From contig NC_087250.1 in the NCBI RefSeq assembly GCF_037042905.1, positions 27,096,001-27,160,000 on the forward strand: a stretch of DNA of 64,000 bases. Direction: 5' to 3'. The position numbers and the translations under genes are program-made. The stretch comes from Lytechinus pictus (Eukaryota). Shown one piece after another: positions 50,074-63,742 of the stretch. How positions within the stretch are numbered: the first letter of the stretch is position 1; each line of letters begins with the position of its first letter. The notes under the pieces were generated by a model that searched no databases, was not told the origin of the DNA, and saw only the letters and a program-made list of their open reading frames with translations.

Positions 50074-50960
50074 TAGTGGCTTACCGTAGGTCACGGCATT
50101 GTGGGGGGACACCATCAACAATTTTGAGTCACTTGGTGTGCGCGCGAAGCGCACTCAGTTGCCAGGTAAACTGACCGAATAGAAACATTTTAAGGACAGT
50201 GCCATAAAACGGATACAATGTATGTATCTCACTGATCAAATAATGCGACCGCATAGTGTGAGCTAATATTTTTTGTATTCAGACCTAAAAGGGGATTTTG
50301 TAAAAAAAAATGTAATCATGATGCGTACCTGTGTCGCTAAACAATGCAAGCGTGAAGCGCGAGCTGAATTTTTTTTATATATTGACCCCAAACGGAGATT
50401 TTGAGGACTATATCTTACGAATACATAAAGAGTAAACATATATCTCACAATCGTCATCTAATGCAAGTGCCAAGCTTGCTGATTTTGTTAGAATCAAATC
50501 TAAACACATGAAGCACTTGTATTCATTGTAATCATGAATAACATACACATCTCACTAATCAAATATTGCGAGCGCGAAGCGCGAGCTGAAAATTTAGGAA
50601 ATTCAGACCTGAAGAGGGGCATTCTAAGGCTTGTTTGTAGGAATTTACTAGGACAATACATATTTTACTAACCAACTGATATACTTGGTATATATTGACT
50701 TGAAAACTTGAGGTTTTAACACAACATGATTATATATCCTGTTAAACAGACAGTGCGAGCACCAGGAACGATGAAGATATAGGCCCTGAGCAAATTATGT
50801 TTCATAAAGTTATCATAACAGTGTTTCTTCTGTAATATAACATAACATAATTATAATATAATATTATAATTAATAATAATTTCCTCTTTCCCATTACGTT
50901 TCTCTATGGGGGGGGGGGGGGCACGTGCCCCCATGCCCCCCCCCCGTAATTACACCACTG
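50074..50960. mobile_element. Non-autonomous hAT-like element
   Basis: TAGTGGC...CACCACTG ends, 8 bp duplication TTCTCTAC, internal GCGAGCGCGAAGCGCGAGC motifs. Confidence 0.8.
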
Positions 50961-52432
50961 TTCTCTACATACCACAGTTGTGTGGATGTACATGTTTAAT
51001 GTTATGCGCATTAACGTCACAAAGGATAAAAAGGCTGGTCACGGTGATTAATCAATTGTAGGCTTCAGCTGATATTTTTTTTATATGATGTGCCTTCCAA
51101 CTACAGATCCGATATTTTATTTCATAAAGCTAATTACAATAGCTGAAAATAATTCATGGACCAATATAAATTTTAAAGGCCACTACACTTTATGAATACT
51201 TCACCTTGAAGTGCTGCAAAGAATGACAAATATTAAGAATTAATGGTATAGTGGTTTGCAATTTTTCCTCACATTGATACAAAGACTCTGGCGTGTTTTT
51301 TTAGCGTTAAATAGCATACTTGCTCCAACAAAAGTACTGATAGCTTGAAAAAAAAAACATATTACCCCGTATTTTGCTTAATGTTTACACCGTTTTAATT
51401 ACATCTTCCTACAAGCATGCATTTTTGTTAAAATAGTATGGATTTTGAATGTACATCATTTAACTTTTCAGATTTGTTAAAGAAATTTCAATCTTTGATG
51501 AAGTATTTTTGTCATCTTTTTTTACCGTTTGAAAGAAATAAAGGCGCCGCTACCCTAAAAGAGCAAACGAATAGAAAATAAATTATCCTTCTTCAGTAGG
51601 CCTAATATAACTATAGTGTACAATTTGATGAAATTTACATGCATCTGGACTCAGAATTAAAGGTTTAAACTTAACATCGTTATTTCTTCGATTCTAAAAA
51701 TGGCAAATCCTGATGTGCAATTCTCGAGAACTTCCAACTGGGTGAACTTTAAAGCAAGTGTAAAATCAAGCACATAAACCAATGCTATATTTTGGATATT
51801 TGAGATATTCAGGTGCTAAAAGTAAGCCGAGATAAACAAAACACACAAAATGAAGTGACGTTCAAAGGGGTGGTAAAGTAATCGGGGCAAACTCCATGCG
51901 CTTGGTTGCGTGGAGGTGTAAGTATTAAAAAGATAATGTCATGCCTATACCATCCTGTTATTTTTTTATTTCACTATCTTGTTTTATAGCAATATCTGAA
52001 AGGTATGGTTTTATGGTTTTATCAGAATATTAGTCTGTAGACTTTGCGAGGGGCCATAGGCCATGTTCACTAGAGGCATGACAGGGAAAATTGTAATTTG
52101 TCTCAGATGTAGTTTATTACATTACTTTAAAATATAAGATAGATGTCTCCAATCTTAATATTGGATATTTTAGACATATCTCAACTCTTTAACCTTTTGT
52201 ATGTCAAAGTTTAAATAAGGCATCGCCGTTCAATTTATAATAAAAATGATAATATATAAACAATGTTTCTTAAAAAACAAATTTATCTCTTACCAAAAAA
52301 AAAATATATCTTTAAAGTATTACTTTGTGAGCACTTTCTTCCCATTTTTTAAATCATATTCTCCACTTTAGCTTCATGGGTTATAGAGAGAGTCTCCAAG
52401 GAATGGGTATGTATTCCTTTTTTTTGCAAAGC

Positions 52433-52468
<36 letters not shown>

Positions 52469-53232
52469 GTTAAATGCACATTTTTTTCATTATTATTATT
52501 ATTATTATAAATATTATTATTATTATTATCATTATTATTGTATATTTAGTGGACTCAGATTGAGGCAAGAATTTCTTTATCAAGTGGCAACTATCGTAAA
52601 GTATGTCCTGACAATAATCCATAATGAATAATCTTCAGATTCAACTTTGGGGCGCCATTTTGATGACATCATTTGGGGATGGGTTTTTCTGGGTAAATCT
52701 TATGTGGAATATTGTAAGGACATACTTTCAAGAAAGTCGAAATTTGCTTGCTATATGAAAGTTGCCAGTTAGTATTATTGTAATTATCAATTTTAAGGTC
52801 ACTTTTTAGCTATTGTATTCCCTTGCTGGCTTATTTACAGTGCACATTACATCTGAGCAAGAAGGGCTCCCTTTTTCTTGTCTGAGTAACTCAGCATGTG
52901 AAATGCCTGATTTAGCTGAGGGCTTAGGTAAGCACCATCAAAGCCTTACATGTGCACGCTTGAGATTGAGCGGGTTTTGGGTGCGTAGTTATGGAACTAC
53001 ACATGTCCGTTTCATTTCACGTGTGAGGAATCATTTCAGGTATCGAGTCCTGACATTTTAAAATGGAAAATCGCCAGCAGTCTGAATATTAAATTTATAA
53101 AAGAGATCCGATCAGGTTGGTGTTATCTCGAAAACTATTGGTTTAGGCAAAAAATGAAATTTGATAAGAAATCGGCCTAAGCACTTTAAGGAAACAAGCT
53201 CACCATCTATAAATATTCTTATTTTGGCAGAT

Positions 53233-53596
53233 ATGGCAGAAATCGGTGGCAGTAGTGTTTCTTCAGCAAAAGCCCATCAGAAAGAAGTTCACACCCTTGA
53301 AAGCAGAGAGGATTCAGGTGATATTCCTGAAATGATTCGAATCACGAAATATGGCATAGAAGTACAAATACCACCAAACAAAGCTTACAGTGCAAAGGAT
53401 ATTACGGTCGAAGTGATTGACGAGGTTCCACCTGAGTTGAAGATCAAGGAAACAGAAGCAATCATTACCTATGGTTTGAAGATGAAGGCGCCTTCTAATG
53501 CAATCTTTGAACATCCAGTTCAAGTGACGATGCCTCACTCTGCTGTATTCAAACAACCAAAGAATGCGGAAATCATATCATACTGTAGGAAAAGTG
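53233..53596 (+). CDS. ZU5-UPA gene, coding exon 1 (ZU5 domain)
   Basis: YGIEVQIPP...FEHPVQVTMPHSA ZU5-like signature; acceptor at 53230, phase-1 donor at 53597; candidate upstream non-coding exon ending 52927 (GTAAGC). Confidence 0.8.
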
Positions 53597-53993
53597 GTAA
53601 ATTGTTTTACATTTTAAAATTCACATTACTCTTTTAAAACGAGTACTGAATTAACACGACATACACGGTAATCCTATCAAATATATGAATAAGGTATTCA
53701 AGTTTTGTATAAAAAACATGAAGGAGAAAAAAATAAATCAAATGATATAAACATATCAATCTTTGTATATTTATTGGCAAATGAACCCCGTCCACATTAT
53801 ATATAAAATGAAATAGAAATAAAGATATGAAATAAAAATGACTGAAAGAGAACGCTGAAAAAACAACTGTCATATCAAAATGTAACAGTTGTTCATTTCC
53901 CCCCACATAATTTCGATATGAACCATCCTGATAAACTAAACAAAGCAGGCAATTAAGGAAAGATGTATTTTGGTGTGTCAATTTCATTTTCAG

Positions 53994-54262
53994 CTTCTGC
54001 AGACTTTGTTGCAATACCTTCTACAAAAGACATCAGTCCTAGGTGTGTGGTAAGAAAAGGGGACCTCGATATCTACTTCCATCACTTCTGCGAATATTGG
54101 TTCGTTGCTGTCCGTGCTGTCTACGACCTGTATAACAAATTCAAGGGAATATTCATTGGAAAGCGCCTTGTCTGTACGCCCTATGTTCCGATACCACCTT
54201 TTCTGAGCAAGATACACATCTTGTTTGTCCATATAAGAGATGCACACAAGGAAGAGGGGGAG
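53994..54262 (+). CDS. ZU5-UPA gene, coding exon 2 (HFC motif, start of UPA-like region)
   Basis: TTTTCAG acceptor, phase 1 to phase 0; DIYFHHFCEYW. Confidence 0.78.
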
Positions 54263-54499
54263 GTTTGTTTCTTTACTTTAAATGATACGATGACACTTGC
54301 ATGAATTTTGGCTTTAACTAGTTTTTGAAGTGGTACAAACTAATGCCTGTAATCAGGCGTGTCGTTGTGCCTTTACCAGTAGGAGGGTGTGGATGCCCTG
54401 ATTACCAACAAATATCGATAGCGATTTCCGGCGTCCAGCTACCATGAATCTTTTACATTCTCCTTGATCACATTTTCTTTCCTCATACCCATGATCAGT

Positions 54500-55370
54500 T
54501 TCAGCTTTTATTGATGGAGGGGGGGGGGGTGGTATTTTCATCAATATTTTTCTGTCGCAGCCGCCGAAAATTGATTTTAATTTTTTGATTTAAGGGGACA
54601 GTCCTAAATAAATTTTCATTGTTAGAAGCATCATAATGCATTTCATGTGATCTGGATATAAATTACCACGTGAGCGCGAAGTGCGAACTCAAAGTTTTAA
54701 ATATTAGCACAAGCTGAAAATTTTGGATATTTTGACTAAAATGCTAATGGTTTTTTATTTGTCTATCTTAAAGCAAACTCAGTTTCTGCATCTGTAATAG
54801 AACAAGCTGTGTATCTCAATAAACATAATGCCAGCGCGAAGCGCGAGTTGAAATTGATGGGATATTTTGACTTGTAAAAAAGTAAACTTTTTTTCATGTT
54901 TTTACATTAAAACAAACTCATATCCTGCATCTGTAATTGCACAATCTGAGTATCTAAATAAGCATAATGCGAGCGCGAAGTGCAAGCTTTTTTTTGTAAA
55001 TAGTTAGACTTGAAAACATAACTTTTTTACATTTTTTTTTTTTTACATTAAAACACATTCAGTTTATGCATCTGTAATTTAATAACCTATTTATCTCGAT
55101 AAACAATGCAAGCGCAAAGAGCAAGATGAAATTTTGATTAACTGACCCGAAAGGGAACAATTTAAGCACAGTCCAACGTGAAGGAAAATGGTTCACTGTC
55201 GGTACAGAAGTACGAGCTCACAAATCTTGATACTTTGATTGAACTATGTGGGCATCTCAATGCGAGCGCGAAGCGCAAGCGGAAATTCTTGATATTTTGA
55301 GGGAAATGTAGGCAACATTTTCACATAATATATGATGCTAGCGCGTAGTGCGAGCTGATTTTTCTTTTGA
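54500..55370. repeat. Interspersed repeat with recurring GCGAGCGCGAAGCGCGAG motif
   Basis: Motif recurs every ~60-170 bp; also seen at ~27020, ~27930 and 50074-50960. Confidence 0.65.
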
Positions 55371-55433
55371 AATTTATACCTACGATCGCTTTAAAAAAAG
55401 TAATTTCACGATGATAGTATGCTAACGATAATA

Positions 55434-58400
55434 CAGTGCGTCCCCCCAAAAAACTATACACTTTTGAAATGGCTGCCAAATAAAAAAATGTTCCACTTTG
55501 GGGGAAAAGTCTTATAGATATGGAAAGCCAATAAAGTCAACTTTCAAATGACACCAAAAAGTTGAAAAACTATTCATGTTTGAGCGAGCACTGCCCACTA
55601 AAACAAAGGGTATGAAAATTAGGGTGGGCTGGAATTGGCCTTCCAATTTCTTTCAGGTTTCTTTGTTTGGTACTTACAAAGTTGAGGGTTATTTGGTGAA
55701 TTAAAGATCAGTTGTGATCAGTTTGTTGTTTGTGACGATTTAATGCGTTATTAAATTGAAATAATTGCAATTTTTAGTGCAGCATTTTGTCTTTATCATG
55801 TGGATCTCAACAATGTGTTCATGAGAGTCAGGAGAAGAGGGGGTAATATGACCTGGGTAGGTGAAGTACGTTGATGGGATAACGGTCAACAGAACATTTA
55901 GCAACCCCTCTCTCCATCTCACCCCCACCCCCCACTTCTCTCCTCCTGAGAGATTAAGCTCGGCTAGGCTGGGCAGGAATTAGCCTTACAGTTTTTGTCT
56001 CACCTGCATAGCAGAGTGAGACTATAGGCGCCGCTTTTCCGACGGCGACGGCGACGGCGGCGGCGGCGTCAACACCAAATCTTAACCTGAGGTTAAGTTT
56101 TTGAAATGACAGCATAACTTAGAAAGTATATGGTCCTAGTTCATGAAACTTGGCCATAAGGTCAATCAAGTATTACTGAACATCCTGCCTGAGTTTCATG
56201 TCACATGACCATGGTCAATGGTCATTTATGGTCAATGAACTTAGACCATGTTGGGGGAATCAACATCAAAATCTTAACCTAAGGTTAAGTTTTTGAAATG
56301 TCATCATAACTTAGAAAATATATGGACCTAGTTCATAAAACTTATACATAAGGTTAATCAAGTATCACTGAACATCCTGCATGAGTTTCACGTCACATGG
56401 CCAAGGCCAATGGTCATTTAGGGTCAATGAACTTTGGCCGAATTGGGGGTATCTGTAGATTTACCATCATAACTTTAAAAGTTTATGGATCTGATTCATG
56501 AAACTTGGCCATAAGGTCAATCAAGTATTACTGAACATCCTGCCTGAGTTTCATGTCACATGACCATGGTCAATGGTCATTTATGGTCAATGAACTTTGG
56601 CCGAATTGGGTGTATCTGTTGAATTACCATCATAACTTTAAAAGTTTATGGATCTGATTCATGAAACTTGGACATAATAGTAATCAAGTATTACTGAACA
56701 TCCTGCCTGAGTTTCATGTCACATGACCATGGTCAATGGTCATTTATGGTCAATGAACTTTGGCCGAATTGGGTGTATCTGTTGAATTACCATCATAACT
56801 TTAAAAGTTTATGGATCTGATTCATGAAACTTGGACATAATAGTAATCAAGTATTACTGAACATCCTGCATGAGTTTCACGTCACATGACCAAGGTCAAA
56901 GGTCATTTAGGGTCAATGAACTTTGGCTGAATTGGGGTATTTGTTGAATTACCGCCATAACTTTGAAAGTGTGTTGGTCTAATTCATAAAACTTGGACAT
57001 AAGAGTAATCAAGTATCACTGAACATTTTGTGCGCATTTTAGGTCACATGACCAAGGTCAAAGGTCAATGAACTTTGGCCATAATGGGGGTATCTGTTTA
57101 ATTACCATTATAACTTGGAAAGTTGTTAGATCTTACTCTTGAAACTTGGACATACAGTAAGAGTAATCAAGTATCACCGAACATCCTGTGTGAGTTTCAG
57201 GTCACATGATCAAGGTCAAAGGTCATGTAAGGTCAATGAACTTTGGCCACGTTGGGGGTATTTGTTGAATTACCATCATATCTCTATAAGTGTATTGGTC
57301 TAGTTTATAAAACGTGGAAAAAGAGTAACCAAGTATCACTGAACATCTTGTGCGAGTTATAGTGCTGCTATATGCTGCTATATTGAATCGCGTGATGCAG
57401 GTGAGACGGCCAGAGGCATTCATCTTGTTTGGAGTGGTCAGTCATTTAGAACTTGCAAAGCTAAGGGTGTTAAGCTAAATTAATGAGTGAGATAAGTTTT
57501 GGTTTCTTAGGCAAATTTCACGAGTTACTAAATTGAAATTTAACGCATGAGTAACCAGGAGTTGTAATTTTAGTGGAGCATATTCATCTTGTGGACCTCA
57601 GAAGTGTGTTCGTGAGAGTCAGAGTAATGTGATGGTGCCTGTTACAAGCAAGAGGGCGAGATACGCTTAGAAGGCTTGGGTTAAAATGGAATTCCTCTTT
57701 GTTTTGTCGTTTTACAAATTAAAAGTCATATGGACCCTCCCTTCGCCACCTCCATTTCCTAGCCCCCTCCTTCTCTTTGTCTCACTTCCTGGATTGTAGC
57801 CTATTCAAAACTAAACTGCCAAGTTACCGGTGGCTGATGGTCAGATTTTTTTATTGAATCATTACCAAGAAATTTAATGATTATGATGATTAAGGAAATC
57901 ATTTATTGAAAAAAACCCTGAATGTTTGATTGATCACATTGCACATTGAATGAGTTGATTTGCTAATAAATTGTTGATTAAATGATTGATAGGAAAAAGT
58001 TGATGCCCTAATTCAGAATTTATCATTAAATCAACATTCTTCTCTGGACTTCACGCGTACATGACAATAGCCACCAGTCTCTCAACAGGAGGGGAGGGTG
58101 GGAAAGAGGGAGGGGGTGTGTGCTAAATGTTCTGTTGACCCTTATTCCATCACCCTGCTTCTCCCACTTAAGTCCTATCTCACCCCCATATTCTCCAGAC
58201 TCCCATGAACACATTGCTGAGATCCATATGATAATGTTGAAATGCTGCCCAAAAAGGGATCCAAATGATAAAGTTGAAATGCTGCCCCAATAGTATAATA
58301 TGTCTTCCCTCATGCATTAAAGTTCAATTTAATAATTTATAAAATTTGCTTAAGCAACCAAAACTGGTCATGGTTGATCATTAATTCATCACAACGCCCT

Positions 58401-58656
58401 TAACTTTGCAAGTTTAAAAGGAATTGCCTCTCAAAAACTGACACAAATTGAAAGGCTAATTCCAGCCCACCCTAATTTTCATACCCTTTGTTTCAGTGGG
58501 CAGGGCTCGCTCAAGCATGAATAGTTTTCCAACTTTTTGGTGTCATTTGAAAGTTGACTTTATTGGCTTTCCATATCTATAAGTCTTTTCCCCCAAAATG
58601 CTACATTTTTTATTTGGCAGCCATTTCAAAAGTGTATAGTTTTTTTGGACGCACAG
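55434..58656. mobile_element. Non-autonomous Tc1/mariner-like element
   Basis: TA|CAGTGCGTCC...GGACGCACAG|TA with ~210 bp TIRs. Confidence 0.85.
55992..57430 (+). mobile_element. Helentron-associated (HINE/DINE-1-like) element with internal tandem array
   Basis: T-run start, subterminal IR GTCTCACCTGCAT / ATGCAGGTGAGAC, (GAC/GGC)n microsatellite, ~8 units of ~163 bp, short 3' palindrome, TTT end. Confidence 0.8.
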
Positions 58657-59840
58657 TAGTTAAGCATTACACATATTCTTTAGTCAGTCCGGCATGGGTA
58701 TTCAAATTATTTCCAATATTTCTTTTATATTGCCTGGCGTTACTTACTTGTTGATAATGCTTGTTGAGTGTGTTTTATTTGGATTTTGATAATGTGTAAT
58801 TTTATATAACCGAATGTAAAATACTCTCTCAGTGTTTTTTTTTCCATGAGGGCTCGCATGCCTCTGGGCGATAGTACTGAATTTTACTTTTGCAAGCCCT
58901 GTCCCATAGAAGAAAACATTTTCTTAGTTTGTTATTATCTTCTTTTATTTTCTAATTATCCATATTTAGTTATTGAATTTCAAATTGTATTTTTGTAATT
59001 ACGTTGTACAATTTTGTACGTTTCTTTATGGCCAAATAAATAATAATAATAATAATAAATTGACTTTATGTTACCGACAAAGATAATGGAACTCAATAAG
59101 ACGATGTAATAGCAAGGGACATGAAACGGTTGGAACAGCCATGCATGACCCGACAGTTTATCATTTTCCTGACAAGCGTCAGTCCAACAGCCCTGCGCTT
59201 GCGTAACAATTTATTATTTTACCTACATCTCAGACTCTGCGTTTTTACACCGACAAAGGTTTAATTAATCATAACCTTATATACCCATTTCCTTCTTTGT
59301 GTCTTCCTCTCCCTCTTTGTCCCTTTCTTTTTTTATTTGTCTTTCTAAGGAAGAATCTTCCTTTCTTTCTTTTTTCTCTTTTTCCTTTCTTTCTTCCTTC
59401 CTTCCTTTTTCTTTCCTCTTTTATCTATTTTTTCCTACTCACTCCTTTTTTGTTTATTTTTCCCGACGGCAGCGATCATTTACCGACGATTACCGACGAA
59501 ATTAGGGGGGGGGGTGTCGCACCCCATATCCCCCTTTAGCGACGGCCCTGCTTGTAGTGTGCCCCCCCCTCCGAAAAACAAGATTTTGCATGACAAAATT
59601 CGAGGACGATAGTCGAGAATTATTAGATAAGTGTGGGCGATTCGTTTTGTCAAGACGGGCCTATGATGGTCAATGCACACCTGGCAAGCCTTTTACGACT
59701 AGTTCAAGACCGGTTCACATAACTTCTCGCGATTCTCTACAATTTTCACTCCCCCCCCAAAAAAAAAATGCACAGTTAGGCTAAAATATAAACAAGGCAA
59801 TTTACAAACCATCATCCGATATTATACCAGGTTTACATGT

Positions 59841-60887
59841 ACACCAAAACTGAATTCTCCCGAATAAATTCGGACAGATTTTGCCCGAATATGGCCTAAT
59901 TTTGATGGATTCGGAATCTATTCGTTTCTGATTTGGGAAGCTCCCTGAATCAATTCGGGAGAATTCTGGAGTATTCTGAAAGATTTGGGGAACATTTGTG
60001 AAGGAATTCGGCTCATTTTGAAATATTCAAAACCAGCCGAATTCCTTCCAAAATACTCGCGAATTCTGCCACAAAGAATTTAATTTGGGCCACATTCTGG
60101 ATAAAATAAGGATTGATTCTGGGAGGCATTTTTGGAATTCTGGGAAGTAATCTTTCGCAATAATTGTGCTCCGATTAGGGACCTATATTGGACTGGTTTG
60201 CCTCTAATCATGCTAATTCGGTCCAAAATTATTCGGGATAATTCGGATTGAATATAAACCTTGATTTAGTGCCTGGGTTAATCCCGTGTTACACCAATTT
60301 TAGCCAAATTCAGCCTATAAATTCGGAATGTTTCGGTGGATTAGAGAATGTTTCAAATCCTTCCTGACCTTTCTCCCAATCGCTAAGAGAGAACGAATAC
60401 TCCCGAATTAACCAGATTACATGTATTCAGATCCGGTGTCACCCAGCCTGTACACATGATCCTAATCAGATGCGAATCCATCCGAATTCCACATGCTTGG
60501 GATCATAAGTTAGTATGTTGTTCTCTCTCCCTGAAAGCGAAAAATGCAGAAGGGAATTAGGAACGTTTTTGGACGAGTTCGGCTCGTTTTGAAATCTTAA
60601 AAATCACCCAAATACCCTAAAAAATGCTCGCAAATGTGATTAGGACAAATTTCATTAGGACCAAAATCGAAATGTTGTCTGATGTAATTCGGTTGGATTC
60701 GAGGCATTCGAGGTTATTTGGGCTGTCTTTTTTACTAATTCAGCTCTGAATCGGATCCTATTCCAGACCTATTCGTCTTTGATTCGCGTGTGAATGAATA
60801 GTGTTCAAATTCACCGAATCCATCCGAATCAGGCCATATTCGGGCAGAATCAGATCGAATTTATTTGGGAGAATTCGGTTTTGGTGT
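59841..60887. mobile_element. TIR element with CACC...GGTG ends, GAATTC-rich
   Basis: ~75 bp imperfect TIR ACACCAAAACTGAATTCTCCC; superfamily unresolved. Confidence 0.7.
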
Positions 60888-61004
60888 TTTCTTGGCTTTC
60901 ATGAACTTTCACACATTCACACCTTCATCACGTTCATATTCTCCATGAATATAGATATATGATGTACATGTAACTGAAACTTTTTCACTTGTCTCACCCA
61001 CCAG

Positions 61005-61115
61005 GTCCCGACTGGATATAAAGCTCCATTCAAAGGAGATGAATTCCTATTTGAGTGGGGATCTGGCCCACTGATGATTAGCTGTCCAGATAGCACCATG
61101 GCTGATTCTCCAACG
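61005..61115 (+). CDS. ZU5-UPA gene, putative coding exon 3
   Basis: CCACCAG acceptor, 111 nt phase 0-0, VPTGYKAPFKGDEFLFEWGSGPLMISCPDSTMADSPT, donor GTAACA. Confidence 0.65.
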
Positions 61116-61548
61116 GTAACACTCACATGGATATAAATTGATAGGGAGTGTAAAGTATGTAATGTTTTTAATAGTTTCTTTGTAGCGGAATTTGAGCAAT
61201 TAAGGTTAATTTTACCCTTCTTGTATTTTTTTATATTTTTGTGTTAAATTTATTTTGTCTTTCAATATCATCGATGATGAAAATTATTTGCTGAATTGTT
61301 TATCTTTGTTATGAGTTTATCGTGATTAAAATAAAATTTCATTTAGACCTAAAAATAACAGTTCACCTCATTAAAATCCCCCAATCTGTCAGCGGTTAAA
61401 TCTTCCTGACTTCTGCCAATTTGTGCTCAATTTATCATCTTTATGATTAAGCGCAAAATTGGCAGAAGGAAGGAAATCGATTTGAAAATTCAAATTAAAA
61501 TAACAAATTATGGGTTTCCTTTTATTTTGTGATAGAAGTATTCAGTAA

Positions 61549-61708
61549 TATCACGGTCACATTTGTCTACGGCGGTCGTACCGCGAGTCGAAAACAGCCG
61601 TTTAACATATCTTTGTAATTCTACATATACGTGGTCTGAATAAAAATGGATGATACGGCTGTTTTCGACTCGCCGTACGGCCGCCGTAGAGCAAATATGA
61701 CCGATGTA
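61549..61708. mobile_element. Small palindromic MITE
   Basis: ~55 bp arms CGGTCACATTTG..GCGAGTCGAAAACAGCCGT with the reverse complement downstream. Confidence 0.8.
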
Positions 61709-62021
61709 TAACGGTGTGGGGAAACGTACCCTCGTTAAAGGTTTTGCATGCAAGTGGAGCTTGACGTGGGAGAGCCAATCACGTCTCTCGTACACATATG
61801 CACGTTATCAAATTCGAGTCAATTCAGAGACCGATGCGAGGCATATTTCGGAGAGGCATTTTAGCGCTTTTTAATATGCGATTTCCTTCTGATGTATGAT
61901 TCTAATTATTTGTTAATGACCAAAGGAAAATCCCCACATCATTACCTTTCCACTGATATATATATAACAAGGCCATATTTATAATCAATATAATTATCCT
62001 TTAACTGTGGAACGCCCTTAA

Positions 62022-62654
62022 AGTGATTGTTTAACATTGATTTGAATTTTTAAAAATCTGAGCTAGAAGGTCAAACTTGTCACCTGTGTCTGTGATATGT
62101 TACAAAAATGAAGCCCAGAAAAAATTGCGTTCGAAAATAATTATTAAGTGCTTCAAAAATTGAAATATAAAGTGACCGGAAACACCACCTTAATTTCATC
62201 CCATACACTTATGTGTACTATTTAGGCGTCTATTAGACGCCTATTTACAAAATCAGGGTTTGCCTTGTAGTTTTAGCTTTTCATTCTCAATAATGGTTGT
62301 TTTCAGGGTTCATTAGTTCTAATACATGCACTTGTACACATGTTTCATCTTGGTTTAAGAATTTTTTAAATCAGCTGCTCACAAAGTAAAATAATTATTA
62401 AGTGCTTCAAAAATTGAAATATAAAGTGACCGGAAACACCACCTTAATTTTATCCCATACACTTATGTGTACTATTTAGGCGTCTATTAGACGCCTATTT
62501 ACAAAATCAGGGTTTGCCTTGTAGTTTTAGCTTTTCATTCTCAATAATGGTTGTTTTCAGGGTTTATTAGTTCTAATACATGCAATTGTACACATGTTTC
62601 ATCTTGGTTTAAGAATTTTTTTATATCAGCTGCTCACAAAGTTAAACAATGCCT
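62022..62654. mobile_element. TTAA-flanked (Kolobok-like) non-autonomous element with an internal ~250 bp tandem duplication
   Basis: TTAA|AGTGATTGTTTAAC...GTTAAACAATGCCT|TTAA; ~62135-62386 repeated at ~62388-62641. A related end occurs at ~33710-33743. Confidence 0.75.
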
Positions 62655-62816
62655 TTAACTCATTGAATTCATTTTTGTAACATAATTTTTCGTAGTAAGT
62701 AAAAAGCAAACAATCTAGTAATGATGACGATGTCCCCAAATTAATATGAACACGGAATACCTTCTGTAAATTATAATTTGCTGAGTTTACACTCTACATT
62801 GATTCATGTAATAAAG

Positions 62817-62967
62817 ATTCTCGAGGAAAGAAAGATACGCTACCTGACAGACCTGAACCCCAAATTCAAGGTGGACACGACGAATATCCCAGATGCTGAG
62901 ATGATAGTTACTTTTTTATTGAAACAGAGCACAACAAGTGAACTCCCGGTTAAAATGCAGTTAATTG
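62817..62967 (+). CDS. ZU5-UPA gene, putative coding exon 4
   Basis: Phase 0 to phase 1; ILEERKIRYLTDLNPKFKVD..VTFLLKQSTTSELPVKMQLI; donor GTAGGT; acceptor is weak. Confidence 0.6.
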
Positions 62968-63585
62968 GTAGGTCTTCACTTTGTTTAATCGAATAAACCG
63001 TCTATGGCATCGCATCATTCTATCCCCTTAAGCAGCCATGAATTTGAATATCAATAGTCATTTATACTCGTTGCTATGCTTTCATTCATTTCCAATGTTT
63101 TCTATTCAAGTCTGTGGTATATTGATTGAATATTATTTTGTACATTCTGGCATTCTTGGGAGAGCTGTCCATTCGAAACATTCTGCTCTTGCACGTAAGC
63201 ATTTCAACAACGGAGTAAATTTTGCTGAAATATATATTTGAACAAAATCACAAGTATTCATGACGATATTGCGTGATTATGAAAAAATATGCCATACATT
63301 GAAAGAATAAAGATAACGGGGGTAGCAGGAGTACCGGAACTGATTTTGAAAGTTTTTGTGAGGGGGATGCTGACTATTCAAAAAACAGAAGCTAATGGTA
63401 ATCGTAAAGCCTTTGTACGCGTTTTTTTTTAAGGGGGGGGGGGGTATTTATTGGCGATGCCGAAACATAAAAAAACTCTCACCAAAATATTAGCCGCAGT
63501 GGCTTCACATGAATTCAAAATACTTATCATCATTAAAAATATCATTTTTTTCTTACAAATCAACTTGTTTGTTTCACACAATTAG

Positions 63586-63742
63586 AGACTCCTAGTACAT
63601 CAACAAGATACCGTGATTCTAGAACCGATAGTTCATCATCAACTCCAGACTTAGATATACTCCAAGCAGAACAATGGAACACTGCTCCTGTGTCAGTAGG
63701 TGCTCAACCTAGAGTTGATTTATCAGCCGGCGCGACAAAAAT
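63586..63742 (+). CDS. ZU5-UPA gene, putative coding exon 5 (S/T-rich linker)
   Basis: Phase 1 to phase 2, open frame ETPSTSTRYRDS..AGATK; followed by a 72 nt intron with an ACTAAC branch site. Confidence 0.55.
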
